Source: a bacterium
GTDB taxonomy: Bacteria; Zhuqueibacterota; Zhuqueibacteria; Zhuqueibacterales; Zhuqueibacteraceae
Length of the DNA: 64,000 nt
NCBI GenBank assembly: GCA_044869275.1
Contig: JBIOXB010000137.1
Span: 27,049 to 91,048 of the forward strand
Direction of reading: 5' to 3'
Under the pieces are notes generated by a model. It was not told the DNA's origin, did not search any database, and was given only the letters and a program-made list of their open reading frames with translations. A program made the position numbers and the translations under genes. Shown here one piece after another: positions 29,128 through 39,290 of the stretch. Within the stretch, counting starts at the first letter, position 1. Every line of letters begins with the position of its first letter.

Positions 29128-30357
29128 TCATTTCCAAATATTCAAACAAGCGGTGATGATCAAGGCATTGGTGAAATCAATAAAAAAAGCACCGACCATG
29201 GGCACGACCAAAAACGCGCGCGGCGCCGGGCCGTAGCGTTCGACCAGCGCCTCCATATTGGCCATGGCATTCGCCGTGGTGCCGAGCATGAAGCCGCAGA
29301 AGCCGCTGCTCATCACCGCGGCTTCGTAATCCCTTCCCATCCAGCGAAAAATCGCAACAAAGCAGACCACGGCGATCAACGCAACTTGCGCCGCCAGAAT
29401 GATCAACATCGGCAACGCCAATCCCACCAGCTCCCAAAGCTTCAACGTCATCAAGGCCATGACGATAAAGAGCGCGAGCGCGACGCTACCCAGATCGTCG
29501 ATGATGCTTTGAGATATTCCGAGGATTTTTGTGGCGTCGTCGAGATTTCTCAACGCCGCAGCCGCGAGCATGGCGCCGATGTAGGCCGGCAACGTCACGC
29601 CCAGGCTGGTGAAACCCTTACTAATCCACGAACCCATCCACATTGCCAGCAGAATGATGACCACGCTTTTCAAAAGCACATAGGCTTCTTTGTCTTCACC
29701 ATGCGGTGCGTCACTGGCCGGCTCGGCCATCCGGTCCTCCACGATATTGGCCGCGGTCGGCAAATCGGCATGCTGCCGCCGTGCGTGCGCTCGCCGCAAT
29801 TGAAAGCGCTCAATAATATACGTACCGATTGGTCCGCCCATCAAACCGCCGCAGATAATGCCTACCATCGCGGAGGCAATCGCCACCGTCGCTGCGCCGG
29901 GTACGCCGGCTTGCTCGAACAAGGGCGCGAAAGCAAGGCCCGTCGCCGGCCCGCCGGTAAGCGTGACCGAGCCGGCGAGCACACCGAACAGTGGATGCAT
30001 TCCGAGCGGCAGGGCGACCAGGACGCCGATGACGTTTTGCATCAATGCGAAGACCGTGGCGATGGCGAAGAAAGTCATGACCTGCAGGCCGCCGGTCTTT
30101 AAAAGAGAGAGACTGGCGCCAAAACCAATCGTTGTAAAAAAAGCGATCATGAACGGGCTTTGCAGGGTGGTATCGAACTCAAAGAGCGTAAGCCCCGAGC
30201 GGCGTGTCCAAGAAATGAGTACGGCGACCAGCAGCCCTCCGATCACCGGTGCAGGAATATTATAGCGCGCCAAGGGTGTAATGACGCGTCGAATGCCATA
30301 GCCGAGGAACAGCACAATTCCGGCAAAGGCTACAGTGTGAATGAGATCGAGTTTCAT
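29128..30357 (-). CDS. gltS: Sodium/glutamate symporter
   Basis: YNIPAPVIGG, FFTTIGFGAS, GSVTLTGGPATG, GRDYEAAV, GFMLGTTANAMANM, AFLVVPMVGAFFIDFTN. Confidence 0.92.
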   Translation of the reverse strand: MKLDLIHTVAFAGIVLFLGYGIRRVITPLARYNIPAPVIGGLLVAVLISWTRRSGLTLFEFDTTLQSPFMIAFFTTIGFGASLSLLKTGGLQVMTFFAIATVFALMQNVIGVLVALPLGMHPLFGVLAGSVTLTGGPATGLAFAPLFEQAGVPGAATVAIASAMVGIICGGLMGGPIGTYIIERFQLRRAHARRQHADLPTAANIVEDRMAEPASDAPHGEDKEAYVLLKSVVIILLAMWMGSWISKGFTSLGVTLPAYIGAMLAAAALRNLDDATKILGISQSIIDDLGSVALALFIVMALMTLKLWELVGLALPMLIILAAQVALIAVVCFVAIFRWMGRDYEAAVMSSGFCGFMLGTTANAMANMEALVERYGPAPRAFLVVPMVGAFFIDFTNALIITACLNIWK

Positions 30358-31859
30358 TATTTCACTGCAACCTTTTCACCCACACGCACGACTTGTGCAG
30401 CGGAAATTTTTCCATCGGCGGGAAAGAACTTGTCCAAAACCTCCGGCGCTGGAGGCTTGGTGGCGAGTGAGACGACGATCATCGCCGCGGCGGAGACGGC
30501 GAGAATCAGCGCCACCGGCATCGTGCCGCCGCCCACGTCTTCGATATTATTGGTGAAGAAATAGAGCCACAATATAGCAACACTGAAGACCGAGGCCAGC
30601 GCGCCGTATTTGGTGCTGCGCTTCCAAAAAAGCGCGGCAACCACGACCGGGAACATCGCGGCGAAGCCGGTAAAAGTCCACACGCTGATGCGAAAGATGC
30701 TGCGATCCACCACCAGTGACAGCAAATAGGTGCCCAAAATGATGACAACGATGAACAAGCGGCCGTATAAAACCTGCTGGCGCTCGCTCATTTTATCGTG
30801 AAAGCCATAATGGCGCACGATATCCTGTGTGAACATCGTGCCAATCGCGAGCGCTTGCGAATCCACCGAGTTCATGATGGCGGATAAAACGCCGGCAGCC
30901 AAAAAACCGGCGAGCGCGCCCGGGGCATAGAGCTCGATCATTCTCGCCAAAACGGAATTGGCGGCCGCGCCTTTAAGGCTGGGAAAATCCACCGCACCCA
31001 AAACGCCGAGCAGCACGCTCGGAAGCCAGACAATGGCAATGCACATCGGATAGAAAACGAGCATCTTGCGGAAGGTCTCCGCGCGCTTGGCCGTGAGCCA
31101 GTGCAAAAACATGTGCGGGAACATGCCTACCGACAGCGGAATGCACGTGTAGCTCAAAAGCTGCAACGGCGTGATGTGCTCGCCGCGAATCAATAAATCG
31201 GGATGCTTTTGCGCGACCGCTTGCATGCCGGCCTCCACCCCGCCGAATTTGTTGAAGACGACGAGGAAAGCGGCCAGGCCGAAAGTCATGAAGATCAGAA
31301 CCTGAAAGGTGTTGACCCACACCGTGCCGCGCATGCCGCCGTAAGTGACGTAAGCCAGCGTCACCGCGCACACGATCAAACCGCCGAGCCATTCCGGCAA
31401 TTGGCCATCGGTAATCTGGCTCAGCGTGATGCCGCTGCCCATCAATCCCACGAGAATGTATGGAATCATCAGCGCGGAGATCACGAAGAACAACACCAGG
31501 CCGAGAAAATCGGAAGCATAGCGCTGGCGGAAGTATTGGATCTGCGTCAAATAGTCGAGTCGTTTGCCGAGCGACCAGATGCGCGTGCCGACAAAATAAA
31601 AAACCGCAGGAATCACGAGCGCGGAGGACGAGGCCATGAGCGCGAACACGCCGATGCCGGAATGATAGGCTTCACCCGAAGCGCCGAGAATGGCGAACGC
31701 CGTCATGTTTGCGCCGAACAAAGACATCAACAACAGAAACGGCCCGAAGCTGCGGCTGGCCACGAAGTAATCTTCTCCCGTGCCGCGAAACAGCTTGTGA
31801 CTGAGTGTGCCGACGGCCAAAACAATGGCGAGGTAAAGAAAAATGACGGTGATGGTCAT
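30357..31859 (-). CDS. Sodium:solute symporter (SSS) family protein
   Basis: EDYFVASRSFG, YVTYGGMRGTVWVNTFQ, SAIMNSVDSQ, ALFWKRSTKYGA. Stop overlaps the gltS ATG. Confidence 0.93.
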   Translation of the reverse strand: MTITVIFLYLAIVLAVGTLSHKLFRGTGEDYFVASRSFGPFLLLMSLFGANMTAFAILGASGEAYHSGIGVFALMASSSALVIPAVFYFVGTRIWSLGKRLDYLTQIQYFRQRYASDFLGLVLFFVISALMIPYILVGLMGSGITLSQITDGQLPEWLGGLIVCAVTLAYVTYGGMRGTVWVNTFQVLIFMTFGLAAFLVVFNKFGGVEAGMQAVAQKHPDLLIRGEHITPLQLLSYTCIPLSVGMFPHMFLHWLTAKRAETFRKMLVFYPMCIAIVWLPSVLLGVLGAVDFPSLKGAAANSVLARMIELYAPGALAGFLAAGVLSAIMNSVDSQALAIGTMFTQDIVRHYGFHDKMSERQQVLYGRLFIVVIILGTYLLSLVVDRSIFRISVWTFTGFAAMFPVVVAALFWKRSTKYGALASVFSVAILWLYFFTNNIEDVGGGTMPVALILAVSAAAMIVVSLATKPPAPEVLDKFFPADGKISAAQVVRVGEKVAVK

Positions 31860-32086
31860 GAGGCGCGATCCTCTTCAGTTTCAACTTCAAGGTGGCGGGG
31901 CCAGGCGTACTTTGCCAGCAAAAACATCATGCCGGAAGCGGCCAGGCAAAAAATGAAATGATACAACAAGCCCACGGGCAAGCCCAGCACTAAAGAGTCG
32001 TCGTTCCAGAACCAGAGATCATTGTGCAGGAGATAGAGAGCGAACAAGCCCAGGTACAACGTCCAGCGCGGGAAGGAGTTTTTCAC
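31856..32086 (-). CDS. Small 2-TM SSS accessory protein (DUF3311-like)
   Basis: LLHNDLWFWND..LVLGLPVGLLYH; GTG start with GGAGG; ATGA overlap with the SSS gene. Confidence 0.85.
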   Translation of the reverse strand: MKNSFPRWTLYLGLFALYLLHNDLWFWNDDSLVLGLPVGLLYHFIFCLAASGMMFLLAKYAWPRHLEVETEEDRAS

Positions 32087-32124
32087 TATTTCCTCCAGGA
32101 TACAGGAAAAAAACAAGCGAACTG

Positions 32125-32375
32125 GCACAAAAACACCCGTTCGTTGTCCGACTGATTGAGGATCTGATTCAAGAAACGCATGGGGCTGGGCGTATGCGTA
32201 AGCGAGGCCAGGCCGGCGCGATGAAGTGCCGTGAGCAGTATGCCGGCGGCGATGCCCACGGATTCGGTGACGTAATAGTTCTTCACTTTGCGACCGTTGG
32301 GCAGCAGGCCATAGCTCTGCGCGAAGATCAGAGTCAAATAAGGCACGGTTTCCAAATACGGTTTGTGTTCTCGAT
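32125..32375 (-). pseudogene. Internal fragment of an iodotyrosine deiodinase-like nitroreductase
   Basis: [64 protein letters not shown]. The N-terminal FMN-binding part and the C-terminal VGYP motif are absent. Boundaries approximate. Confidence 0.75.
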
Positions 32376-32416
32376 ACGATGATGACGGGACGAAATGAGG
32401 TGTTGCCATGTTGCCT

Positions 32417-32683
32417 CTAAATTACGGGCTGCATTTTTAACAGATGGTCCACTTCAATGCCGTCGTCCAATTCATTCCAGTAAATGGCGAAACCGCCTGG
32501 CTCAATGGCCCAATTCGCGCGCTGCTTGTCATTTGCTTTGGCAAGCCAATCTAGCCACGAAATACGATCGAGCAAAACACCGATTTCGCGGCCATCGTCC
32601 AAACTAACGTATAAAGTATTGCCGGCAAATCTTACTCCCGTGGCACCGACCCGGCCAACCTTTTCACTTGTTAAAGTAGGCAT
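32417..32683 (-). CDS. DUF2442 family protein
   Basis: [19 protein letters not shown]...[32 protein letters not shown]. Confidence 0.85.
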   Translation of the reverse strand: MPTLTSEKVGRVGATGVRFAGNTLYVSLDDGREIGVLLDRISWLDWLAKANDKQRANWAIEPGGFAIYWNELDDGIEVDHLLKMQPVI

Positions 32684-32713
32684 GCCAAACCTCGCCAAAC
32701 GTTACAACTCTCA

Positions 32714-34834
32714 TCAATGCAGAATCAATTCCAATCCGCCGTAAATCGCGAACGGGTTCGCCGGGGTGACGGAGGTTGCAAAGGGTGTACTGAAGCCGCG
32801 CGTTTCGTATTCTTGATCGGTGAGATTTTTGAGATTGATGCTGGCGCGCCATTGGCCGAGACGATAATACACGATCGCGTCGAAAACCAGCGCATCGTCG
32901 ATCTGAAACGCGTTGTCTTCCGCGGCATATTGCTTGCCAATATAACGCGTTCCGCCGCCAATGCCAAGTCCATTCTTGAATTCCTTGTTGGTCCAGAAAT
33001 TCAACATGTGCTTGGGGGCAAAGGCCGGGGCATTGCCGGAGCGATCGAAATACAAACCGAAATTGTTGACGGGATCCACCAAAACATACTCGCTGAATTC
33101 CGTCAACTCGGCGTCGTTATAGGCGTAGTTGAAAAAGAGCTGCCAATTACGGCCCGGTTGCGCGGCCGCTTCCAACTCGGCGCCGCGGGAGCGCTGATCG
33201 CCATTTTGCTTGGTAACGCCGGTTTGATCCGGAATGGCGATGTTCTTTTTCTCCAAGTGATACACGGCGAAAGTCGTGCTCAAGCGCCCGTCGTAGTAAC
33301 GCCGCTTGACACCCACTTCAAATTGCGTGCTCTCTTCGGGCTCGCGTTCTCCCACCGTGAGCGTCGAGGGCGGCGCAAACGCTTGACCCGCACTGGCGTA
33401 AACCGAGAAACTAGTCGTGGGCGAAAAGGTCACGCCGCCCATCGGGCTGAATTTGTTGTAATCGCGAGTGCTCGCGGTCGCATTGTCCTCGAAATTAATA
33501 TTATCGTAGCGGCCGCCGAGCAGTACGTGCACCTTTTCGGAGAAGCTGATTTGATCGACGGCATACGGCGCAATCACGTTGCTGCGCGCCTCGCCGGCTT
33601 GAGATTGTCCCGGGATAAGAAAGAAAGGTTCGCTTGCTGTTTCGACGGGATCAAAAATGCTGATCAACGGCAGCAAGGCCACGTCCAGGGTGAAATCATC
33701 TTGCAAACGGCTGATCTCAAAACCCGTGAGCAGCTTGTGCCCGATCGCGCCGGTGCGCAGATCGAATACCGCTTCGAGCTGGTTGCCGAAAAGCTCTTGG
33801 CGGTCATCCAACAAGGTGAGCGAGCGCGCCAGAAACTCAGGCTGGCCCGCGCCATTTGGCACGACGGCGTTGAACAAGGTGCCGTTGCTGACCCAATCCA
33901 GATCCGTGTAATAGAACTTGTTGCGTAATGTGATGTTGTCGCTGAGTTGCGCGTTCAAATCTACACGGCCGCGCGCGATCTTTTGATCGGAAATGTCGAA
34001 CGGCGATTGATAAGAGCGCGTGCGCGGCACCGCAACGAGGTCACCGTTATAGATCGGCAGGCCGACGTCCGAACGAAATTCATTGTCAACATACTCAAAA
34101 TTCACGGCCAGCGAGACACGCGTGCTCGGCTGCCACAAAAAAGCCGGATTGACGCTGAGATTCTTGTTGTTTTTGTCGTCGCGATAATTCTCCGCGTCCT
34201 GCCACAGCCCATTCAAGCGAAAAGCGAGATTGGACTCGCGTTTGTTCAAGCCCAAATCCAGCGTGCCCCGATACGCTTGAAACTGGCCTGCCGAGCCGCT
34301 GGCATGCAAAAAATTGTCGAACAGCGGCTGCTTGCGCACGAGATTAACCGTCCCCGCGAGCGGATTGCCGCCGTACAAAAAGGCGCCTGGACCTTTTAAA
34401 ACCTCCACGCGCTCGAGGTTGTACAGATTATAAAACGTCACTTCCGGCTCGGCCGCGCCGTCGGTGAGCACCAGGCCATTGGCAAGCGATTCGAAGCCGC
34501 GAATGATGAGATAATCAAACACGCCAAAACCAGTCTGTGAATTCACGCCACTGACGTTGCGCAGGGCCTCGCCCAACACCACCGCGTCCTGGCTTTCGAA
34601 CAGCGCGCTGGTCACCACGCTCACGCTCGCCGGCGTCAAGCGCAACGGCGTCGCGATTTTGGTTGCCGTTGTGCTCGTCGTGGGAATGCGTGTATAACGC
34701 TCAGCCACGACTTGCACGGTGTCTGAGGAAACATAACCCTTTTCCGGCTCTTGTTCTTGCGCCGAGGCGGTGAGACAAAAGGCAAAAAGCAAAAAGAAAA
34801 AAGCAATCGCGTCGAAGGATTTTTTGAGTGACAT
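32714..34834 (-). CDS. TonB-dependent outer membrane receptor (siderophore-receptor-like)
   Basis: Signal peptide; TonB box DTVQVVA; plug (TPASVSVV, EALRNVSGV, IRGF, ERVEVLKGPGAFLYG); barrel ending NLKNLTDQEY...IYGGLELILH. Confidence 0.93.
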   Translation of the reverse strand: MSLKKSFDAIAFFFLLFAFCLTASAQEQEPEKGYVSSDTVQVVAERYTRIPTTSTTATKIATPLRLTPASVSVVTSALFESQDAVVLGEALRNVSGVNSQTGFGVFDYLIIRGFESLANGLVLTDGAAEPEVTFYNLYNLERVEVLKGPGAFLYGGNPLAGTVNLVRKQPLFDNFLHASGSAGQFQAYRGTLDLGLNKRESNLAFRLNGLWQDAENYRDDKNNKNLSVNPAFLWQPSTRVSLAVNFEYVDNEFRSDVGLPIYNGDLVAVPRTRSYQSPFDISDQKIARGRVDLNAQLSDNITLRNKFYYTDLDWVSNGTLFNAVVPNGAGQPEFLARSLTLLDDRQELFGNQLEAVFDLRTGAIGHKLLTGFEISRLQDDFTLDVALLPLISIFDPVETASEPFFLIPGQSQAGEARSNVIAPYAVDQISFSEKVHVLLGGRYDNINFEDNATASTRDYNKFSPMGGVTFSPTTSFSVYASAGQAFAPPSTLTVGEREPEESTQFEVGVKRRYYDGRLSTTFAVYHLEKKNIAIPDQTGVTKQNGDQRSRGAELEAAAQPGRNWQLFFNYAYNDAELTEFSEYVLVDPVNNFGLYFDRSGNAPAFAPKHMLNFWTNKEFKNGLGIGGGTRYIGKQYAAEDNAFQIDDALVFDAIVYYRLGQWRASINLKNLTDQEYETRGFSTPFATSVTPANPFAIYGGLELILH

Positions 34835-34863
34835 AAATGACTTTGCTCCCGAAAAGTTCTTGC

Positions 34864-34930
34864 GGATCCTGGATGCTGGATGCTTGATACTGGATGATTA
34901 GTATCCAGCATCCAGGATCGAGCATCCAGC
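34864..34930. repeat. Heptamer-periodic inverted repeat
   Basis: tggatgc tggatgc ttgatac tggatga, then gtatcca gcatcca ggatcga gcatcca. Confidence 0.85.
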
Positions 34931-34932
34931 TG

Positions 34933-36192
34933 TTAATTCTTTCCCGTTACCTCCACACACAGCATTTCCTTTTGATTGCGCAGATACAACTTGCCGTTTG
35001 CCAGCGTCGGCATGGTCCAGCATCTTCCTTGTAAAATTTGAAAGCCGGCCTTCTCTTTGTAGCCCGCGGGCGTGGCTTCGACCAATGCGAGCTTACCCTG
35101 CTCGCCCAGCACGAGGAGGTGGCCGTCGGCGAACAACAGCGAGCCTTTTTGAAAGCCGCGCTGCTGCCACTTCGGCTCACCCGTGGCCACGTCGAGGCAG
35201 GTCAAAAAGGCGTCATCAAATCCATAAAGATGGTTTTGATACAAGAGGGAAGAAGAAAAATGGTTCTTCATGTCACGGCTTTTCCACACCTCCCGCACGC
35301 TGACTTTATCGCCGTTGGTTTGCATTTGCAGCAGCGCGCCGCCCTTGCCATAGCCCGAAGCAATAAAGACTTCGTCGCCGGGAATAAAAACCGGTGTGGC
35401 CGCATTCACGTCGTACGAAGTCTCCCAAGGATAGCGCCAAAACCGCTTGCCGTCCGCGGGCGAATGCGAGACCAATGCGCTGCCGGTGAAGACGAGAATT
35501 TGCCGCACGCCGTTGACCGTCACCGCAATCGGAGCGGAGTAGCCGGGAATATCGGTTTCCGATTTCCAGATCACCGTGCCCGTGGTCTTGTTGAATGCCA
35601 TCACCGAATGCCCGCTTTTGCCGCCGACATCGACCAACAGCATATTGCCTTCCACCAACGGCGAAACAGAAATGCCCCAGGTCGGCACGCGGCCACCGTA
35701 TTCAGAAACGAGATGATGTTCCCATACTTTGCGGCCGTCTTTGGTATGCAAGGCCTGCAACTTGCCGCCGGCGCTCAATACGTAAACCAGATCACCCTCG
35801 ACCGTGGGCGTGGAACGCGGGCCGCTGCCTTGGTCATTGTCGAACATCCTGTCAACGATCATGCGCCAGATTTCTTTGCCGGTGGCGGCGTCGAAGCAGA
35901 AGGCGATCTCATTGCCGCCTTGCCCAAGGACCGTGTAGAGCCGTCCTTGCGCCACGGAAATTCCGGAATAACCTTCGCCAGAACCCGTGCGCCACAGAAC
36001 CCTTGGACCGGTGGCGGGCCAGGTTTTCAACAAGCCGGTTTCATTGGAAATGCCGTCGCGATTGGGCCCGCGCCATTGCGGCCAATCGGAGGGCACAGCC
36101 GCTGCAAGGTCGAAATGTTTTTTTGAAAAGAACCCGCCGGCAAGTAAGAGGGAAAACAACAAGACCAGGCAAAGTAAGATTCGATTCCGCAT
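34933..36192 (-). CDS. Secreted PQQ-binding-like beta-propeller protein
   Basis: Signal/TM, then DWPQWRGPNRDG, GPRSTPTV, SPLVEG, YSAP, TPV, WTMPTLANGKLYLR. Confidence 0.9.
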   Translation of the reverse strand: MRNRILLCLVLLFSLLLAGGFFSKKHFDLAAAVPSDWPQWRGPNRDGISNETGLLKTWPATGPRVLWRTGSGEGYSGISVAQGRLYTVLGQGGNEIAFCFDAATGKEIWRMIVDRMFDNDQGSGPRSTPTVEGDLVYVLSAGGKLQALHTKDGRKVWEHHLVSEYGGRVPTWGISVSPLVEGNMLLVDVGGKSGHSVMAFNKTTGTVIWKSETDIPGYSAPIAVTVNGVRQILVFTGSALVSHSPADGKRFWRYPWETSYDVNAATPVFIPGDEVFIASGYGKGGALLQMQTNGDKVSVREVWKSRDMKNHFSSSLLYQNHLYGFDDAFLTCLDVATGEPKWQQRGFQKGSLLFADGHLLVLGEQGKLALVEATPAGYKEKAGFQILQGRCWTMPTLANGKLYLRNQKEMLCVEVTGKN

Positions 36193-36474
36193 ACCGTTCT
36201 CCTTCAGTATGAAATGATAAGGATTGAAACGAATAAATCCCTTTGAAGTTGCAAAGCAGTTCGTGGCTGGACTTCCTTCTTTCACTTTACTGCTCTTGCT
36301 GGAATCTTGCTTTTCCGTGGTCAAGAATCAAGCTGAAAATTGGACAACGCAGAGAGATACAAAGCAGAGACGGTGGGGCTGCGCGAATGTTCAACTCATT
36401 CTGACCACCGGGCGTCCGCAGCCACATGACCACGAAACGGCTTTTTCCAGAATTATTTTTTGTTATTTTGCTGC

Positions 36475-39276
36475 ATGATGACAAATTGGAGAGGACTGAA
36501 AATTGCCGCCGAAGGCACCGGCATTAGCGCGCCGCTCAGCCGCCAAGTCAACCTGCTGGGCGAACTGTTAGGCCATGCTGTGCGTGAAGTGCTCGGCGAG
36601 CCCGGCTTCGAACAGGTGGAGCGCCTGCGCACACTTTGCAAAGGTGTCTATCAACACAGCGATGCCGGCTTGTGGGAACAGGCTCGCGCTTTCATCAGCA
36701 CACTCACTCTGGAGGAAATGTTGTGGCTGGTGCGGACCTACACCACGTTTTTCCACTTGATCAACAAAGCGGAACAGCGCGAAATCATTCGCATCAATCG
36801 CGACCGCGAACGCCACAGCACCGCAGAACGGCCGCGGGCCGAGTCCATTGCGGACGCGATCCGCACGCTCCAACAAAACGGCCGCTCCCGGGAGGAGGTC
36901 TTGGCGCTGCTCGCGCGCTTGGACATTCAACCGACGCTCACGGCACATCCCACGGAAGCGCGCCGTCGCGCGATTCTCTTCAAACAAAAAAGCATCTCCA
37001 AATTGCTTGAGCAATTGCAGAATCCCGAGCTTTCACCGGTCGAAAGCGAAAGCAAAATCGGGAGAATCTACGAGAACGTGTGCATGCTTTTGGTCAGCGA
37101 CGAGTTTCGCGCGCAGAAAATGTCGGTCGCCGATGAGGTGCGTCATGGCCTCTACTTTCTCACCACCACCATTTGGGATACCGTTCCACAAATCTACCTC
37201 GATGTGCAAAACGCCCTCGAGGTGAGCTATCAAGCCACGGTCGAGCTGCCCGCCTTCCTGCGCTATCGCACGTGGATTGGCGGCGACCGCGACGGCAATC
37301 CTTTCATCACCCCGGAAGTGACGCGGGCAACTCTTAATCTGCAGCGTGCCACGGTCATTCGGCTGTACCGGCAAGAGTTGCGGATGCTTCGGGAAGAACT
37401 TAGCCTTTCGTCGCGGCTGCTCGAACTCCCGGAACGATTGGCAAAATCGCTGCAAGACGACCTGACGCATATTGCACTGCCGCCGGCGGTGTTGCAGCTT
37501 TACCGCACCGAGCCCTTCCGGCTCAAGCTGTGCTATATGATCGCACGGCTGGAGGCTTTATTGCGGACAGACGGCGAGGTGGGACCGAAGAGGAAGCCGC
37601 CAGTTCTCGAGCGGAGCTACGGCGAGGAGCAGTTTCTTGCCGATCTTCGTTTGTTAAGCGACAGCCTGAGCGCCGCCAAGCTACCCGGCAGCGATCGCCT
37701 CAATCGTCTAATCGTGCGCCTCAGGAGTTTTGGCTTTCACTTGGCAGCGCTGGATATCCGGCAGCATAGCGAAGTTCATGAACAAGCCGTTGCCGAGCTT
37801 TTGCAGCTCGCGGGCGTCACGGAGAATTATGCCGAGCTCGAAGAGCCGGCAAAAATCGAAATGCTGCATCGTGAATTGCGCACCCGGCGTCCGCTCGTCC
37901 CGCCCTGGCAAAAGTTGTCACCACCGGTGGCGTCGCTGCTGAGAACGCTGCGCATGCTGCGCGCGGCCATGCGTCGAGACCCCAAGGCTGTCGGCGGATA
38001 TATCGTGAGCATGACGCATCAGCTGAGTGATTTGCTGGAAGTGCTGCTGCTATTCAAAGCAGCGGATTTGTGGCGATGGGAAGACGGCATAGTCGAGGCG
38101 CTGCTGGATCTCGTGCCCTTGTTTGAAACGATCGAGGATTTGAAAGGCCTTGCCAGCGTAATGACGGCAGCCTGCGAAGATCCGATCTATCGTTTGCACC
38201 TCCGCAGCCGCAATGATTTTCAGGAAATCATGCTGGGCTACTCCGATAGCAACAAAGATGGCGGATACTGGATGGCCAATTGGTCATTGTATCAGGCGCA
38301 ACAGGCAGCGGCCGAAGTCTGCCGGCGTTTTCAAATCGACTTTCGACTGTTCCACGGCCGGGGTGGCACGGTGGGGCGAGGCGGTGGCCGTGCCAATCAA
38401 GCGATCCTCGCCATGCCTGCCGGCAGCAACAATGGACGTATCCGGTTCACGGAGCAGGGGGAAGTGATCACTTTTCGGTATTCCTCGCCAGAGCTGGCGC
38501 ACCGGCATCTCGAGCAAATCCTGCACGCCATGCTCATGGTACACGCCCCGGCCATGGAACGGAGCTCACCGCCTGAGGTCTCAGCTGCGCAGACGGAGGA
38601 AGTGATGGCAGAACTGGCCCAACGCGCCATGCTCGCTTATCAAGGCCTCGTCCGGGAGCCGGAATTTTGGCAATGGTATATCGCTACCACGCCCATCGAG
38701 CACATCAGCCGGCTGCCAATCGCCTCGCGGCCGGTTTCACGGAAGGCCGCTCATGAAGTCGATTTCGACGGGCTGCGCGCCATTCCCTGGGTATTTGGGT
38801 GGACGCAAACGCGCTACAATCTGCCGGGTTGGTTCGGCAGCGGAACTGCGCTCGGCGACTTGCTGGCCAACTGCGGCGAAGCGCTGGCCCAGCTACAGTG
38901 GCTGTATGAAGAATGGCCCTTTTTTCGCACGGTTTTGGACAATGCGCAACTGGAAATGAAGCGCGCGCACCTGTCCATCGCCCGCTTTTACTCAGATTCG
39001 AATGGCGGAAGATTTCACGAGGCCATCGTGCAAGACTTCGATCGGGCGGCACAGGCGATTTGCGCCATCACCCGGCAAGAGGAGATTTTGGACAATGCGC
39101 CGGTGCTGAAAAAATCCATCGAGCTGCGCAATCCTTACACCGATGTGCTCAATCTGCTACAGGCGGAGTTGCTGCGACGTTGGCGCCAAGCTGCGGCGGA
39201 AGAGCGCGAAGCGTTGCGGCACGCCATATTTCTCAGCATCAACGGTATTGCGGCGGCGATGCAAAGCACCGGATGA
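36475..39276 (+). CDS. ppc: Phosphoenolpyruvate carboxylase
   Basis: LTAHPTE, WIGGDRDGNP, LDIRQ, VPLFET, MLGYSDSNKDGG, FHGRGGTVGRGG, LRAIPWVF, INGIAAAMQSTG. Confidence 0.97.
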   Translation: MMTNWRGLKIAAEGTGISAPLSRQVNLLGELLGHAVREVLGEPGFEQVERLRTLCKGVYQHSDAGLWEQARAFISTLTLEEMLWLVRTYTTFFHLINKAEQREIIRINRDRERHSTAERPRAESIADAIRTLQQNGRSREEVLALLARLDIQPTLTAHPTEARRRAILFKQKSISKLLEQLQNPELSPVESESKIGRIYENVCMLLVSDEFRAQKMSVADEVRHGLYFLTTTIWDTVPQIYLDVQNALEVSYQATVELPAFLRYRTWIGGDRDGNPFITPEVTRATLNLQRATVIRLYRQELRMLREELSLSSRLLELPERLAKSLQDDLTHIALPPAVLQLYRTEPFRLKLCYMIARLEALLRTDGEVGPKRKPPVLERSYGEEQFLADLRLLSDSLSAAKLPGSDRLNRLIVRLRSFGFHLAALDIRQHSEVHEQAVAELLQLAGVTENYAELEEPAKIEMLHRELRTRRPLVPPWQKLSPPVASLLRTLRMLRAAMRRDPKAVGGYIVSMTHQLSDLLEVLLLFKAADLWRWEDGIVEALLDLVPLFETIEDLKGLASVMTAACEDPIYRLHLRSRNDFQEIMLGYSDSNKDGGYWMANWSLYQAQQAAAEVCRRFQIDFRLFHGRGGTVGRGGGRANQAILAMPAGSNNGRIRFTEQGEVITFRYSSPELAHRHLEQILHAMLMVHAPAMERSSPPEVSAAQTEEVMAELAQRAMLAYQGLVREPEFWQWYIATTPIEHISRLPIASRPVSRKAAHEVDFDGLRAIPWVFGWTQTRYNLPGWFGSGTALGDLLANCGEALAQLQWLYEEWPFFRTVLDNAQLEMKRAHLSIARFYSDSNGGRFHEAIVQDFDRAAQAICAITRQEEILDNAPVLKKSIELRNPYTDVLNLLQAELLRRWRQAAAEEREALRHAIFLSINGIAAAMQSTG

Positions 39277-39290
39277 CGGCGTTGCAAGTA

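Noticed and set aside
36193..36474. Possible riboswitch or sigma54 promoter upstream of the PQQ-like/TonB receptor cluster
   Set aside because: No cobalamin, TPP or other aptamer core was recognised, and the GCCAC..TTGC spacing does not fit -24/-12. An Rfam scan would settle it.
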